From: Escherichia coli
GTDB taxonomy: Bacteria; Pseudomonadota; Gammaproteobacteria; Enterobacterales; Enterobacteriaceae
DNA: 64,000 bases
Strand: one strand, 5' to 3'
Assembly: GCF_030384885.1 (NCBI RefSeq)
Contig: NZ_CP128613.1
The notes under the pieces were generated by a model. It was not told the DNA's origin. It saw nothing but the letters and a program-made list of their open reading frames with translations, and did no database searches. Of this stretch, positions 63,036 to 64,000 are shown in pieces (position 1 is the stretch's first letter; each line of letters begins with the position of its first letter). A program made the translations under genes and the position numbers.

Positions 63036-64000
63036 TTACATCTTGGTATAAGGCTTAAAGCGTTCCTGCAGCTGGCGCAACTGGTCGATGCGCGCATCGT
63101 AACGCGCTTGTTGCAGGCTGCCTAATTTCACCTGAGAACTGGCGCTACTCAACAAGGAAATGGCCTGATCGAGTCGCCCGGCGAGCGCATAACCTTCTGC
63201 TCGCGCAGCCAGTTCCTGATCGCGGTTATTTAGTGCGGCTTCCGCCTGTGCCAGTAAATCCCAGCCGTTGCTGTCATCTTTATTGTTAAAAGTGTAGCGA
63301 TTCAGAATATTGGCCGCTTCCTGTGGTTGCCCCCCTTGCAGATAAGCGTTCGCCAGGTTGAGCTGCAACACCGGATTGGTGCGCAAATCGCGGGCATTTT
63401 TCAGGCGATTGATAGCGTCATTGGCTTTGTTTTGCCCAAGATCGATATCGGTAGCCAGATCGAGATACCACGCGTTGCCTGGTTCAGCCGCCAGTAACGG
63501 TTGCAGCGTTTTTCGCGCCTCATCGTATTTATTGGCTTCCATTGCCTGCAAAGCGCGACCATATTGCGCGGCCCGTTGCTGACGAACGTTTCCTTTTGCC
63601 CATTCATCCAGCAAATCACTGGTGAGCTGATTATGTCCAGAATTGTACATCCCCAGCGTACGCGCTTTTGCCAGATAGAAATCTTCTGACGATTGCACCA
63701 CCATCGGACGCATTTGATTGGCACGGTTACGGGCATCCGCCAGACGGCTTTCCGGCAACGGGTGAGTCAATAAAATTTCCGGCGGACGCGAGGAGTAACG
63801 CGCCTGATCGAGCAATTTTTCGAGGAAGGTTGGCATCGCCTGCGGATCGAATCCTGAGCGTTGCAGCACCTGAATACCAATGCGATCCGCTTCCTGTTCA
63901 TTTTGCTGGGTGAAGCTGATCATCCCCTGGCGCGTTCCCGCCAGTGTACCGGTCAGCGCTGCCATCCCCGCCTGCGGACTGGCCATCGCCAGTAAAATAG
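63036..64000 (-). CDS. bepA: Periplasmic beta-barrel assembly-enhancing protease BepA, C-terminal TPR part (5' end outside window)
   Basis: Open frame from 63036 to window edge; TPR-rich C-terminal domain. Confidence 0.85.
   Translation of the reverse strand, partial: ILLAMASPQAGMAALTGTLAGTRQGMISFTQQNEQEADRIGIQVLQRSGFDPQAMPTFLEKLLDQARYSSRPPEILLTHPLPESRLADARNRANQMRPMVVQSSEDFYLAKARTLGMYNSGHNQLTSDLLDEWAKGNVRQQRAAQYGRALQAMEANKYDEARKTLQPLLAAEPGNAWYLDLATDIDLGQNKANDAINRLKNARDLRTNPVLQLNLANAYLQGGQPQEAANILNRYTFNNKDDSNGWDLLAQAEAALNNRDQELAARAEGYALAGRLDQAISLLSSASSQVKLGSLQQARYDARIDQLRQLQERFKPYTKM

Overview
This window reads as enterobacterial (Escherichia coli-type) chromosome, identified by recognising the encoded proteins from the supplied ORF translations and the sequence; no database search was run. 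It is colinear with the E. coli K-12 interval yphE..bepA (b2547 down to b2494) in inverted orientation. Gene order: yphE(partial)-yphD-yphC-yphB, yphA, the hca 3-phenylpropionate dioxygenase cluster (hcaDBCFE on the minus strand, hcaR and hcaT on plus), csiE, yfhR, suhB, trmJ, the complete isc Fe-S operon (iscRSUA-hscBA-fdx-iscX), pepB, sseB, the ryfA small-RNA locus, sseA, yfhM-pbpC, ndk, rlmN, rodZ, ispG, hisS, yfgM, bamB, der, yfgJ, xseA, guaBA, yfgI, yfgH, yfgG, pdeF(yfgF), ppx, ppk, purNM, upp-uraA, hda, yfgD and bepA(partial). The only block that looks accessory relative to that backbone is about 3.2 kb between yfgJ and xseA, carrying an intimin/invasin-family (SinH-like) inverse autotransporter behind a very AT-rich leader; its 3' end is split across two reading frames. 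The most interesting small-scale signal is in the sseB-sseA spacer (ryfA locus): a 45-codon hydrophobic minus-strand ORF plus a 15-nt perfect repeat positioned so that divergent transcripts would base-pair, the architecture of a type I toxin/antitoxin pair. I found no CRISPR array, tRNA/rRNA gene, IS element, integrase or phage block, and no convincing evidence of a wholly undescribed system; most of the window is ordinary core genome.
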